Source of the DNA: an uncultured archaeon
GTDB lineage: Archaea > Iainarchaeota > Iainarchaeia > Iainarchaeales > 0-14-0-20-30-16
Direction: 5' to 3'
NCBI GenBank assembly: GCA_964565725.1
Contig: CAZMGA010000008.1
Coordinates: 8,541-28,070, forward strand
DNA length: 19,530 bases
Each line of letters starts with the position of its first letter. Position 1 is the first letter of the stretch. The notes under the pieces are model-generated. The model made no database searches. It saw only the letters and a program-made list of their open reading frames with translations, and was not told the DNA's origin. Made by a program: the position numbers and the translations under genes. Positions 8,386 through 16,974 of the stretch are shown here, one piece after another.

Positions 8386-8505
8386 TATTGTAAATGCCCC
8401 TAAACAAGGTCATATTGAATAATGTTTTACAAAAAAAAGATATAATTATTAAAAAAAATTAGTTTCGGCTTTGAACCCTACATTTAACGTAGGGCGCTAG
8501 GTTTT
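8386..8505. other. Possible uncharacterised structured non-coding element; strand undetermined
   Basis: Locally GC-rich stretch GTTTCGGCTTTGAACCCTACATTTAACGTAGGGCGCTAGG in otherwise about 80% AT intergenic DNA. Perfect 6-bp hairpin CCCTAC-ATTTAAC-GTAGGG. Second stem TTGTAAA (8386-8392)/TTTACAA. No long ORF. Confidence 0.3.
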
Positions 8506-8538
8506 TAAATAGTTTGAAATCAATATTTTAATAAAATA

Positions 8539-8844
8539 CTAATTTTCTTCTTCAATATAGTATCCTAATAAAGGTATTTCTTTCAATGTTCCTTTTACTC
8601 TTACAGATTTTCCTTCTTCAGGTAAATTTGCAGAATATATTGCTATACTGTCTGTTTTATCTTTAATAGTATATCCAGATAAACTACCTATCTTAATTGT
8701 GCCTTCTACAGTACCATAAACACTAACTTGTTTTCCAACATATTCATCTGATTTTATATCTTTTATAGCTTTTGTAGTTACACAACCACTAATTAATACA
8801 ATACCCATCATAAATATTGCTAATATTATACCAAAATATTTCAT
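8539..8844 (-). CDS. Small lipoprotein, OB-fold-like (tRNA_anti-like / YdeI-type)
   Basis: Signal peptide with lipobox-like LISGC, followed by DEYVGKQVSVYGTVEGTIKIGSLSGYTIKD...GKSVRVKGTLKEIPLLGYYIEE. SD AGGTGATAA upstream. Confidence 0.65.
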   Translation of the reverse strand: MKYFGIILAIFMMGIVLISGCVTTKAIKDIKSDEYVGKQVSVYGTVEGTIKIGSLSGYTIKDKTDSIAIYSANLPEEGKSVRVKGTLKEIPLLGYYIEEEN

Positions 8845-8896
8845 AATTTATCACCTAAAATATAATAAAATATAAATTTATAAATATATATTTTGA

Positions 8897-9721
8897 TTAT
8901 TTCTTTTTTCTTTTCATCATTTCTGCAATTCTTGCTTTGGCTTTTTTTGCTTTATTACTTAAATTTATTTTAACTATTTTCATTTTTAATTTTCTAGGCA
9001 AATCTTCAACTCTGTAAATTTTATTTAACTCAATATGATTTTGACTTTTTTTGTAATACTCAATTAATATTTCTCCAGCCTTTTCTTTTAATTTATTATT
9101 TACTCTAGAATTATAAACTACACCTTTTAAAAATTCAGGTTCTAATTTACCTAAATAAAATAAATCAAGTAATTTTTCAGCAATAGTATTTTTATCTTTA
9201 AAAGATACATTATCATTAGTAATTAAATCATATAATTCTTTAGGATCTTTTCTAACAAAAGCTCTAATCATAGCAGAAGGTAATTCTTTTAAAAGTAAAT
9301 CATAAACCTCATTTAATAAATTAACTTCGTGAGAACTTAAACCACTATATCTTGGATAAGTTCTTAATTGTCTAGCTAATTTTACTAATTCTAAATAAGT
9401 AAAAGAATATAATTTTTCTTTTATGTTTTTCAAGTTTTTAACTAATTCTGATTCTTCTGTTTGTTGTTCTTTAACTTCTTCTTTAAGTTGTTTTCTATTT
9501 TTAAGTTCTAAATCATAAGCATCATTATAAGTAGATCTGGTATTAGGATTTCCTAATATTTCATAAGCTTCATTTAGATCTTTCATTTTTTCTTCAAAAT
9601 GTTTATTTCCTGGATTTCTATCAGGATGATATACTTTAGCTAAAAACCTATATGCTTTTTTTATTTCATGTGGAATTGCATTTCTATCAACATTTAAAAT
9701 TGCATAATAATCTTTTAACAT
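8897..9721 (-). CDS. J-domain (DnaJ-like) protein without G/F or zinc-finger regions
   Basis: N-terminal J domain [63 protein letters not shown] with intact HPD. Helical, Lys-rich C-terminus. Confidence 0.88.
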   Translation of the reverse strand: MLKDYYAILNVDRNAIPHEIKKAYRFLAKVYHPDRNPGNKHFEEKMKDLNEAYEILGNPNTRSTYNDAYDLELKNRKQLKEEVKEQQTEESELVKNLKNIKEKLYSFTYLELVKLARQLRTYPRYSGLSSHEVNLLNEVYDLLLKELPSAMIRAFVRKDPKELYDLITNDNVSFKDKNTIAEKLLDLFYLGKLEPEFLKGVVYNSRVNNKLKEKAGEILIEYYKKSQNHIELNKIYRVEDLPRKLKMKIVKINLSNKAKKAKARIAEMMKRKKK

Positions 9722-9768
9722 AATATAATTTAAAAGGAAGTAATTTAAAAATAGATCTTATAATAAAT

Positions 9769-9796
9769 AAAAAAAAGAATAAATAAATTTATTCTT
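9769..9796 (-). terminator. Terminator-like inverted repeat plus T8 tract at the 3' end of the cold-shock gene
   Basis: Minus-strand AAGAATAAAT-TT-ATTTATTCTT (10-bp perfect) followed by TTTTTT. The TAA stop of the 9789 gene lies inside the stem. Confidence 0.45.
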
Positions 9797-9995
9797 CTTT
9801 TGAAATTAATTTTAATTTAACAGCTACAGGTCCTTTTTCACTATCTTGGATTTCAAAAACTACCTTGTCGCCTTCTTTAATAAAATTTCCTGGTTCAATT
9901 CCTGTTTTATGGATAAAATAATCTTTACCATCTTCTCCAGCTACAAAACCAAATCTTTTTTTTATATTATAAAATTTTATTGTTCCGTTTATCAT
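9789..9995 (-). CDS. Cold-shock domain protein (CspA family)
   Basis: MINGTIKFYNIKKRFGFVAGEDGKDYFIHKTGIEPGNFIKEGDKVVFEIQDSEKGPVAVKLKLI matches CSD RNP1/RNP2. The ORF-track start at 10010 places the SD (GAGAGGA) inside the ORF; the ATG at 9995 is correctly spaced. Confidence 0.92.
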   Translation of the reverse strand: MINGTIKFYNIKKRFGFVAGEDGKDYFIHKTGIEPGNFIKEGDKVVFEIQDSEKGPVAVKLKLISKEE

Positions 9996-10078
9996 TTTTT
10001 TCCTCTCCATTTTATATAGTTACCTTTTTTGAGGTATATTATAATATATTAGTAAAATATATAAACATTAATTTATAA

Positions 10079-10522
10079 CTAATATTTTTTTGAATTATAA
10101 TTTATTTTTTCTTTAACACCTTTTAATTTATCTTTGATGTTATTTAATCCTTTATTTTCTTTTAATCTATTAGCTTTTTCTTCTGCAGCTTTATTTAATT
10201 TATTTATAAATTTAATAGCAATAAATACTGCTAAAGCTATTATTAAAAAATCAATTATTGTACTTATAAATGCTCCATATTTTATTATTGGGGCACCGGC
10301 AGCAACTGCTTCAGACATTGTGTTATAAGTAGTATTACTTAAATTAATATATAATTGTGTAAAATCAGCATTACCTAATAATAAACCTATTGGAGGCATA
10401 ATAATATCATTAACAAATGAGCTTACAATTTTATTAAAAGCTGTTCCAATAATTATACCTACTGCTAAGTCAATTACATTACCTTTCATGGCAAAATCTT
10501 TAAATTCTTTCATAAAACCCAT
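10079..10522 (-). CDS. mscL: Large-conductance mechanosensitive channel MscL
   Basis: [47 protein letters not shown]...[29 protein letters not shown] is a characteristic MscL sequence. SD GAGGTGA upstream. Confidence 0.93.
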   Translation of the reverse strand: MGFMKEFKDFAMKGNVIDLAVGIIIGTAFNKIVSSFVNDIIMPPIGLLLGNADFTQLYINLSNTTYNTMSEAVAAGAPIIKYGAFISTIIDFLIIALAVFIAIKFINKLNKAAEEKANRLKENKGLNNIKDKLKGVKEKINYNSKKY

Positions 10523-10528
10523 ACAATT

Positions 10529-11875
10529 TCACCTCATTTTCTTTGTAAATCTACCTTGAAATTTAGCATTTTTATTTCTAACTCTTGCTTTATTTGATAT
10601 CAATTTCTTATTTTTTGTAGCAAATTTACTTTCTTTTTGATCTTTTTTAAATTTGTTATTAAATCCCTTAAATCCTTTTTTAAAATTAGATTTAAAACTA
10701 TTATAACTATCATCAACATATTCCTCTTTTGAACCTTGATATGTTTTTGAATAATCTCTCTTTTCTTTAAATTTTTTATGTATATATTCTTTACCATCTA
10801 TTTTTATTTCTTTTAATTTTCTCATATTCCTATTCTTTTTTTCTATAAAATCATTATCAGTTATAAAAGAATAAGCTGTACCTATTTTGCCCATTCTTCC
10901 AGTTCTTCCAATTCTATGTAAATAAGTATCATAATCTTTTGGGCTATCATAACTCACTACATATGCAATATCATCAACTTGTATTCCTCTTGAAACTACA
11001 TCTGTCGCAATTAATACATTTATTTTATTTAATTTAAATTGATTTAAAGCAACTTCTCTAAATTTTTGAGTTTTATCTCCATGAATTGATGCCACTTTAT
11101 AACCTATATCATCTAATTTTTTAAACAAAGCTTCGGCTGTTTTTTTAGTAGCTACAAAAACTAAAACTCTTTTTTCATCTGATTTTTTTATAATATCTAA
11201 TAATTTAGAATACTTTTCAGATTTTTTTAATTCTATTTTTTTTTCTAAAATATTTTTTCCTAAAATTTCTGTTTTAACTATAACTTCTTCATAAGTTTTA
11301 ACATGATTTTTAATTAATGCAATTAATTTTGAATCCATAGTTGCAGAAAATAAATGCATATTTTTAGGTTTAATTAAATTTAAAATTTGTTTTACTTCTC
11401 CTAAAAAACCCATATCTAATAATCTATCAGCTTCATCTAAAACAACAGTATCAAAATTATATTTTAAATTTCTATTCATAATATGATCTATTAAACGACC
11501 AGGTGTAGCTACTAAAATATCTACTCCTTTTTTTAAAATTTTTACTTCTGTAACAATACCATGCCCACCATAAACAACTTCAACAGTAATATCGATATTT
11601 TTTGTAACACTTCTTATTTCTTTTGAAACCTGTACTGCTAATTCTCTTGTAGGACATATAACTATTGTCCTTTGTTTATTATCAATATAATTTTGGATCA
11701 TAGGTATTCCAAAAGCCAAAGTTTTTCCTGAACCAGTATAACTTTTTGCAACTACATTTTTATTAGATAAAATCAAAGGTATTATCTTTTCTTGAATCTC
11801 TGTAGTATTAATATATTTTAATTTATCTAATGAATTTTTAATTCTATTATCTATTTTTAATTCTTTAAATTCCAT
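10529..11875 (-). CDS. DEAD-box ATP-dependent RNA helicase with basic C-terminal tail
   Basis: Motifs SYTGSGKT, PTRELAVQV, TPGR, DEAD, SAT, ATDVVSRGIQV, HRIGRTGRMG. The ATG at 11875 (MEFKELKIDNRIK) is preferred over 11917, which overlaps the upstream gene. Confidence 0.93.
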   Translation of the reverse strand: MEFKELKIDNRIKNSLDKLKYINTTEIQEKIIPLILSNKNVVAKSYTGSGKTLAFGIPMIQNYIDNKQRTIVICPTRELAVQVSKEIRSVTKNIDITVEVVYGGHGIVTEVKILKKGVDILVATPGRLIDHIMNRNLKYNFDTVVLDEADRLLDMGFLGEVKQILNLIKPKNMHLFSATMDSKLIALIKNHVKTYEEVIVKTEILGKNILEKKIELKKSEKYSKLLDIIKKSDEKRVLVFVATKKTAEALFKKLDDIGYKVASIHGDKTQKFREVALNQFKLNKINVLIATDVVSRGIQVDDIAYVVSYDSPKDYDTYLHRIGRTGRMGKIGTAYSFITDNDFIEKKNRNMRKLKEIKIDGKEYIHKKFKEKRDYSKTYQGSKEEYVDDSYNSFKSNFKKGFKGFNNKFKKDQKESKFATKNKKLISNKARVRNKNAKFQGRFTKKMR

Positions 11876-11877
11876 TT

Positions 11878-12147
11878 TTATATCCCCGTATATTTTGAAT
11901 ATATAATTATGGACCAACCTATTATATATAAAAGATTGTAAATAATATTAATTAATAAAGCTATAAATAAAAAAATTAAAAGAACTAATCTTACTCTATT
12001 TTTATTATTTTTATATACCTTATATTCTAAATAAAACATTAAAGAACAAAGAATTAAACCTAAAAAAGGAATATTAAAACCTACAAATAATAGGGATAAA
12101 TACCCTAAAATAGTAAAAACTAAATCTTTTAAATAGTGAAAAACCAT
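11878..12147 (-). CDS. Small multi-pass membrane protein, unknown function (89 aa)
   Basis: ORF with about three hydrophobic segments, ending 2 nt before the helicase start (apparent operon). Confidence 0.6.
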   Translation of the reverse strand: MVFHYLKDLVFTILGYLSLLFVGFNIPFLGLILCSLMFYLEYKVYKNNKNRVRLVLLIFLFIALLINIIYNLLYIIGWSIIIYSKYTGI

Positions 12148-12182
12148 AAAACCACATTCAAGTAATATAAATATATAGCCTA

Positions 12183-12190
12183 TTTATAAA
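12183..12190 (+). promoter_or_regulatory. Putative TATA box
   Basis: TTTATAAA about 26 nt before the ATG at 12213. Confidence 0.45.
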
Positions 12191-12212
12191 CTTTTTGGTG
12201 CGAATTTATTTT

Positions 12213-13007
12213 ATGAGTAAAAAAATAATACTTGAATTTATGCTTTTAATTATGTTGTGCATTCCATTTGGATTTGCAAGTTTATCTTGTAATGAAAGTA
12301 TTAATGAAACTAATAATATTATTTATTGTAATATAAATACAAATAATACAGAAATACTAAATCCAATTATAACTAGTGATAATGCAATTTATTTTGATTT
12401 AGATTTTGAAAAAAAAGAAATGTATCCTAACAATAAATATTCATTCAAAATTATAGTAGATGTTTATAACTCTAAAGAAGGAAAACACAATTTAAAAATT
12501 GTTCAAGGAAAAACAACATATAGTTTAGATATAAATATAATTAGATTAAAATCAGATGTAGATTATAGTTATAATTTGAATTATAATAAAGATAATATTT
12601 TAATAAATTTAAATTTACAAAATAAAACAAATAAAAACAAAGTATTAATATTAAGAAATACTGTTTTGCCTTATACTTTTAAAACAGATGTTAAAGAAGA
12701 AAGAATAGTATTAGAACCTTTAGAAAGTAAGAATATTCCAATAAATATAAATTATTCAATTCCTGAAAAATTAATTGAATATACTGTATTTTATGGTTCA
12801 GATTCTTATAAAATAAAAATTAATTTAGATACAAATAATATGATTACAAAAGAATTAGAAAACAAACCAATAGGTTTTTTCACTTTGAGTAATTTAGAAA
12901 ATCAAAACACAATATTAATTATAACAGACATAATGTTAGCAATATTTTCAGTTTTATTGTTCACTATGTTTGTTAGTAGATTAGGTAAATATATAGTAAG
13001 AAAATAA
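12213..13007 (+). CDS. Surface protein: signal peptide, beta-rich ectodomain, C-terminal TM anchor with basic tail
   Basis: MSKKIILEFMLLIMLCIPFGFASLSC... signal peptide; C-term IITDIMLAIFSVLLFTMFVSRLGKYIVRK. ATG at 12213 preferred over the TTG at 12195 of the ORF track. Confidence 0.75.
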   Translation: MSKKIILEFMLLIMLCIPFGFASLSCNESINETNNIIYCNINTNNTEILNPIITSDNAIYFDLDFEKKEMYPNNKYSFKIIVDVYNSKEGKHNLKIVQGKTTYSLDINIIRLKSDVDYSYNLNYNKDNILINLNLQNKTNKNKVLILRNTVLPYTFKTDVKEERIVLEPLESKNIPININYSIPEKLIEYTVFYGSDSYKIKINLDTNNMITKELENKPIGFFTLSNLENQNTILIITDIMLAIFSVLLFTMFVSRLGKYIVRK

Positions 13008-13020
13008 TGGAGGAATGAAT

Positions 13021-15162
13021 ATGAATAAAACTATATTTAGTTTATTGAGTATCATTTTATTATTGAATATGACTTATGCAATAACAATATATGATCCTTG
13101 TTTAATTTTAGGTAATTGTTATACTACTAATAATGATTTGCCAGAAATTAATGTAAATTTAGAAAAAAGTGTTTTTTACATAGAAGCTGGTGAAGACTTT
13201 GATGTAGAATTTGAAATAATTAATACAGGTGATAAAGAAGGATTAGTATTAATTCAATTACAACCTGATGAAGATGAAGATGATGAAATATATGGTAAAA
13301 AAACATCTAAAGAAATAACTATTCAACCAAATGACACTATTACTTTAAACTATGGTGTAGAAGTAACTAGTAAAGCATATGATGATGAATATAAAATTCC
13401 TTTTAAAATAATTACATACTATTATGATGATGAAGAATACAAAATACTTGATGAAATTACTAAAAAAATAACTATTCATGTAGATGATTTTGAAGATAGT
13501 ATTGATGTATCATTAGAAGAAAATAGATTTTGTGTAAATAATGAAGCTCCATTTAATACCTATTTAATATTCGAAAATGAAGAAAACAATACATTTTATA
13601 TTGACCCAGACGTAGATTCCTCTGAATTATGGGTAAAAGTAAAATCAGACATTATAGAAATTCAAGATGATGATGAAGTTAAAGTTCCTTTAATAATTAC
13701 AAAAGCTATGAAAGAAGGAGAATATGAACTTACAATAGACACTGATGTATATAAAGATGAAATCTATGGCGAAGATAAAATAACTTTTAAAAAGAAATTT
13801 AAAGTTTATTTTGAAGATTGTGATGAAACAAATACAAATTTATATTTAAAACAAACTTCAGCAACAATAAACAAAGGAAATAAACTAACAATTAATTTCA
13901 ACATTTACAATTACTTTGATGAAGACATTGTTGCAAATTTATATGCTAAAAGCACTAAAGGAGTTAATGTGAATTTTAGTCAAAAGAACTTTTTAATAAA
14001 TGATAATCGTTCAGTTTCAGGAACAATTACATTAGATGTGAGTGAAGTTGCAAATACTGGTTTAAATCTTATAGAAATTTATATGGATACTCCTTATGCC
14101 TCAACATCTAAAACATTTAATTTAACAGTATTAGGTAGTGATTTAGAAATTAATGCAGACACTACAGAAATACCTTTAGGAATATTAGGTTTTCAAAATA
14201 TTACTATAACTAATAATTCTAATGAAGAAAAAACTATTTACATTTATCCAGTATCAAATAATAGTGATATTATTTCAGTTACTAACACAACAAATACAAT
14301 AGATGCTGGAGAATCAAAAACTATTAAAATTAAAATAATTCCTAAAGAATTGGGTAATAAAACATATAAATTAATTTTATCAGGAGACGTAAGTAAAGAA
14401 CAAATAATAAATTATAGTTCAAATACTTCTGAATCTAATACTGATATTGTAAAAAGTTATAATACAAAATTAAACCCTTTAGTTAATGAATGGAATACTT
14501 TAAAAGTAGATTTTGTTAACCCATATAATGTGGATTTAACAGTTAGCTTTTTGGTTTCTGGACTAGGTATAGAATCAAAAACATCTAAATTTGTTTTAAG
14601 TGCAAATCAAACAAGAACTATAGCTGTAGAATATAAAGCAACAGAAAACACAAATAATGCTTATTTAACAATAACTACAGATTTAGGTACTAAAAATTAT
14701 CCTATGTCTATAAACTTAAAATATGATGAAAGTAATCCAAATAATTTAGTTATTAGAGATTTGCCTACAGAAATACCTTTTAACAATGGTAATAAAGTAT
14801 CAAAAACATTTATAGTTTACAATCCTAATAATTTTTCAGTAAATGGAAAAATAGCCTTGTATACTAGCGATAATTTAAATATTGGAGAAAAGGCATTTAC
14901 TATTCCTGCAAATAGTGAAAAAGAAATTATTGTAGATTATACAATTAATAGTGCTATTAATTTAACAGGTACTTTAAACCTATATACAAATAATATTTTA
15001 GAAACTTATGAAGTGGCATATGTTCAATCACTTATGTTTTCACAAGTAGGTTTATTTGGTTTAGGTTTTGGTAACACTATGGGTATAATCTTTGGTGTTT
15101 TAATAGCAATAGGTATAGTAATTTACTTGTTTGCTAGTAAAAAGGTAGTTTTAAGGAAATAA
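13021..15162 (+). CDS. Large surface protein with CARDB/NEW3-like Ig-type repeats and C-terminal TM anchor
   Basis: Signal peptide MNKTIFSLLSIILLLNMTYA. Repeated beta-sandwich-like modules (AGEDFDVEFEIINTGDKEGLVLIQL, FQNITITNNSNEEKTIYIYPVS). C-term TMGIIFGVLIAIGIVIYLFASKKVVLRK. SD GGAGG at 13009-13013 fits ATG 13021, not 13015. Confidence 0.75.
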   Translation: MNKTIFSLLSIILLLNMTYAITIYDPCLILGNCYTTNNDLPEINVNLEKSVFYIEAGEDFDVEFEIINTGDKEGLVLIQLQPDEDEDDEIYGKKTSKEITIQPNDTITLNYGVEVTSKAYDDEYKIPFKIITYYYDDEEYKILDEITKKITIHVDDFEDSIDVSLEENRFCVNNEAPFNTYLIFENEENNTFYIDPDVDSSELWVKVKSDIIEIQDDDEVKVPLIITKAMKEGEYELTIDTDVYKDEIYGEDKITFKKKFKVYFEDCDETNTNLYLKQTSATINKGNKLTINFNIYNYFDEDIVANLYAKSTKGVNVNFSQKNFLINDNRSVSGTITLDVSEVANTGLNLIEIYMDTPYASTSKTFNLTVLGSDLEINADTTEIPLGILGFQNITITNNSNEEKTIYIYPVSNNSDIISVTNTTNTIDAGESKTIKIKIIPKELGNKTYKLILSGDVSKEQIINYSSNTSESNTDIVKSYNTKLNPLVNEWNTLKVDFVNPYNVDLTVSFLVSGLGIESKTSKFVLSANQTRTIAVEYKATENTNNAYLTITTDLGTKNYPMSINLKYDESNPNNLVIRDLPTEIPFNNGNKVSKTFIVYNPNNFSVNGKIALYTSDNLNIGEKAFTIPANSEKEIIVDYTINSAINLTGTLNLYTNNILETYEVAYVQSLMFSQVGLFGLGFGNTMGIIFGVLIAIGIVIYLFASKKVVLRK

Positions 15163-15184
15163 TATTTCCTTTTTTTCTTTTTTT
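15153..15184 (+). terminator. Intrinsic-terminator-like hairpin plus T-tract
   Basis: AAGGAAAT-AAT-ATTTCCTT (8-bp perfect) followed by TTTTTCTTTTTTT. The TAA stop codon of the 13021 gene (15160-15162) spans the stem/loop. Confidence 0.55.
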
Positions 15185-15259
15185 ATATATATACTTTTTA
15201 AATATTTAGTTTTATATTTTAATATCTTATTTTAATTTTAATGAATTAAATAATATAAT

Positions 15260-15331
15260 GTGGGGTTGGCAGAACGGCTTATGCACTCGCCTGCAGAGCG
15301 AGCCAAGGGGGTTCAACTCCCTCACCCCACT
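15260..15331 (+). tRNA. tRNA-Cys(GCA)
   Basis: GTGGGGT TG GCAG..TGC A CTCGC-CTGCAGA-GCGAG CCAA GGGGG-TTCAACT-CCCTC ACCCCAC T. Perfect 7-bp acceptor, anticodon GCA, discriminator U73 typical of Cys. Confidence 0.95.
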
Positions 15332-15351
15332 TAAAAATAAATTATAATTAG

Positions 15352-15373
15352 AAAATAATTTTAATTATTTTTT
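15352..15373. terminator. Palindromic element between convergent tRNA-Cys and the AI-2E-family gene
   Basis: AAAATAATT-TT-AATTATTTT (9-bp perfect inverted repeat) followed by T on the plus strand. Contains the TAA stop (15365-15367) of the minus-strand gene. Confidence 0.4.
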
Positions 15374-16936
15374 ACTAAATTCAACTGTTTCTAAATAAAA
15401 TTCTCTTAAAATTACTTTATATAAAATATATAATGGAATTGTTAGAATCATGCCTAAAACCCCATATATTTGGGCTAAAGCCAAAGTCAGTAAAACACTG
15501 AGTAAAGCATTCATCTTAACACTGCTTGGCAACATAAAAGGCTCAATATAAAAATTATCTATAGCTTGAGCAATTAATACCACTATTAAAGCCCAAAATG
15601 CTAAAATTGGCGATTCAATAAAAGCAACTATTAATCCAGGAATAGATCCTAAAATAGGCCCTAAATAAGGCACAATATTAAAAATACCCGCAATTAATCC
15701 AAAAATAAACCAACCTTTAACTCCTATAATATAAAAACCTATACTTACAATAACACTTACCACAATTGTTTGCAATATTTTTGCATTAAAAAAATTAAAC
15801 AATTCTTTAGAAACTATACTTGTAGCTCTAGAAAATACTTCTTTATATTTTTTGGGAACACTAGCTAAAATATAAGCCCATATTTTTTTTCTTTTTTTAT
15901 AATACATATAAAACATTAAAGGTATAATTAATACACCATTAATTAAAAAATAAGAAAAATTAGAAATAAATGAAGAAAAGAAACTAAATAAATAAGACAT
16001 AATTTTATCTAATAAATTATTTGAAGAAATATAATTTTTCATAAAATTAGGGGTATATTCTCCAAAAGCATTCAAAAATTTATTAGTAATAGAATTTGTA
16101 TTAGAAGCAATTAAAGAGGATATTTCTTGAACTTGAGTTATAAATAAAGTAATTATTACAAATATTACAAAAATAAAAATAACTACAGTTAATATTTTTA
16201 AAAATAAATTTGATTCTTCTTTTATTGAATTTGACTTCTTTGAAAAATCTTTTCTAATTATTTCTGTAATAATTATTAGACTAGCTCCTACAATTAAAGT
16301 AATAAATAACATTTTAAAGTAAAATAAAATAATTATAAATAAAGTTAAAGCCAAAAAAACTAAACCTAAAATGATCCATACTTTTTTATCTGTTACTAAT
16401 TCTATAGGCTTGGATTGTAATTCCTTTTTAGTTATATGATAATTTAAACTAACTTTATAAATATAATAAAAAATAAATACTATTATTAAAGTCAATAAAA
16501 CTTCATAAAAGAAACCTAATAGTAAATTAAAAGATAAAACAAATAAACTATAATTAAATAAATAAAAAACAATATAATTTATTAAATTTGCAAAAAATAT
16601 AATAAAAAACACTTTCAATGAAAAATATTTCTTAAATATTCTTCCCGATAATAATCCTACTAAAGAATGAATTATTAATAACAATATACTAAAAGTATTA
16701 GGAAATAAAATTAAATTTAATATAGAACCTATAACAGCAATAGAAAAACCAGCTAAAGAACCTAATATAATTCCTCCAACTATTACTAAAGATAAATACC
16801 AATTAACATTCAAATCTAAGAAAGGATTTAAAGTAATAGTTTTCGCATTACTTAATAAAACATACAAAGCAATTAAAGCAATAAACAAAATTGCTTTAAA
16901 TAAATAATTCAAATTAAAATATTTTTTAAAATCCAT
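15365..16936 (-). CDS. AI-2E family (UPF0118/DUF20) transporter/permease
   Basis: Multi-pass protein with diagnostic region GLIAGIFNIVPYLGPILGSIPGLIVAFIESP and C-terminal FYIEPFMLPSSVKMNALLSVLLTLALAQIYGVLGMILTIPLYI. Confidence 0.9.
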   Translation of the reverse strand: MDFKKYFNLNYLFKAILFIALIALYVLLSNAKTITLNPFLDLNVNWYLSLVIVGGIILGSLAGFSIAVIGSILNLILFPNTFSILLLIIHSLVGLLSGRIFKKYFSLKVFFIIFFANLINYIVFYLFNYSLFVLSFNLLLGFFYEVLLTLIIVFIFYYIYKVSLNYHITKKELQSKPIELVTDKKVWIILGLVFLALTLFIIILFYFKMLFITLIVGASLIIITEIIRKDFSKKSNSIKEESNLFLKILTVVIFIFVIFVIITLFITQVQEISSLIASNTNSITNKFLNAFGEYTPNFMKNYISSNNLLDKIMSYLFSFFSSFISNFSYFLINGVLIIPLMFYMYYKKRKKIWAYILASVPKKYKEVFSRATSIVSKELFNFFNAKILQTIVVSVIVSIGFYIIGVKGWFIFGLIAGIFNIVPYLGPILGSIPGLIVAFIESPILAFWALIVVLIAQAIDNFYIEPFMLPSSVKMNALLSVLLTLALAQIYGVLGMILTIPLYILYKVILREFYLETVEFSKK

Positions 16937-16974
16937 CTATAATATAAAATTATAATATTATATATATTTTTCTA

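Noticed and set aside
8393-8461. 22-codon plus-strand ORF (MPLNKVILNNVLQKKDIIIKKN) in the tRNA-Tyr/lipoprotein intergenic region
   Set aside because: Very short, no close SD, low complexity; treated as part of the unexplained non-coding segment.
8462-8501. Possible tRNA half or degenerate tRNA (CCCTAC-ATTTAAC-GTAGGG-CGCTAGG looks like T arm + acceptor)
   Set aside because: The loop lacks the TTCRA consensus, and no matching 5' acceptor CCTAGCG is found upstream on the same strand, so it cannot be supported as a tRNA or split tRNA.
10134-10328. Plus-strand 64-aa hydrophobic ORF
   Set aside because: Antisense to mscL; the hydrophobicity probably reflects the complementary TM-coding sequence.
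10600-10797. Minus-strand 65-aa ORF
   Set aside because: Alternate frame within the basic tail of the DEAD-box helicase; Lys/Ile-rich translation of A-rich DNA.
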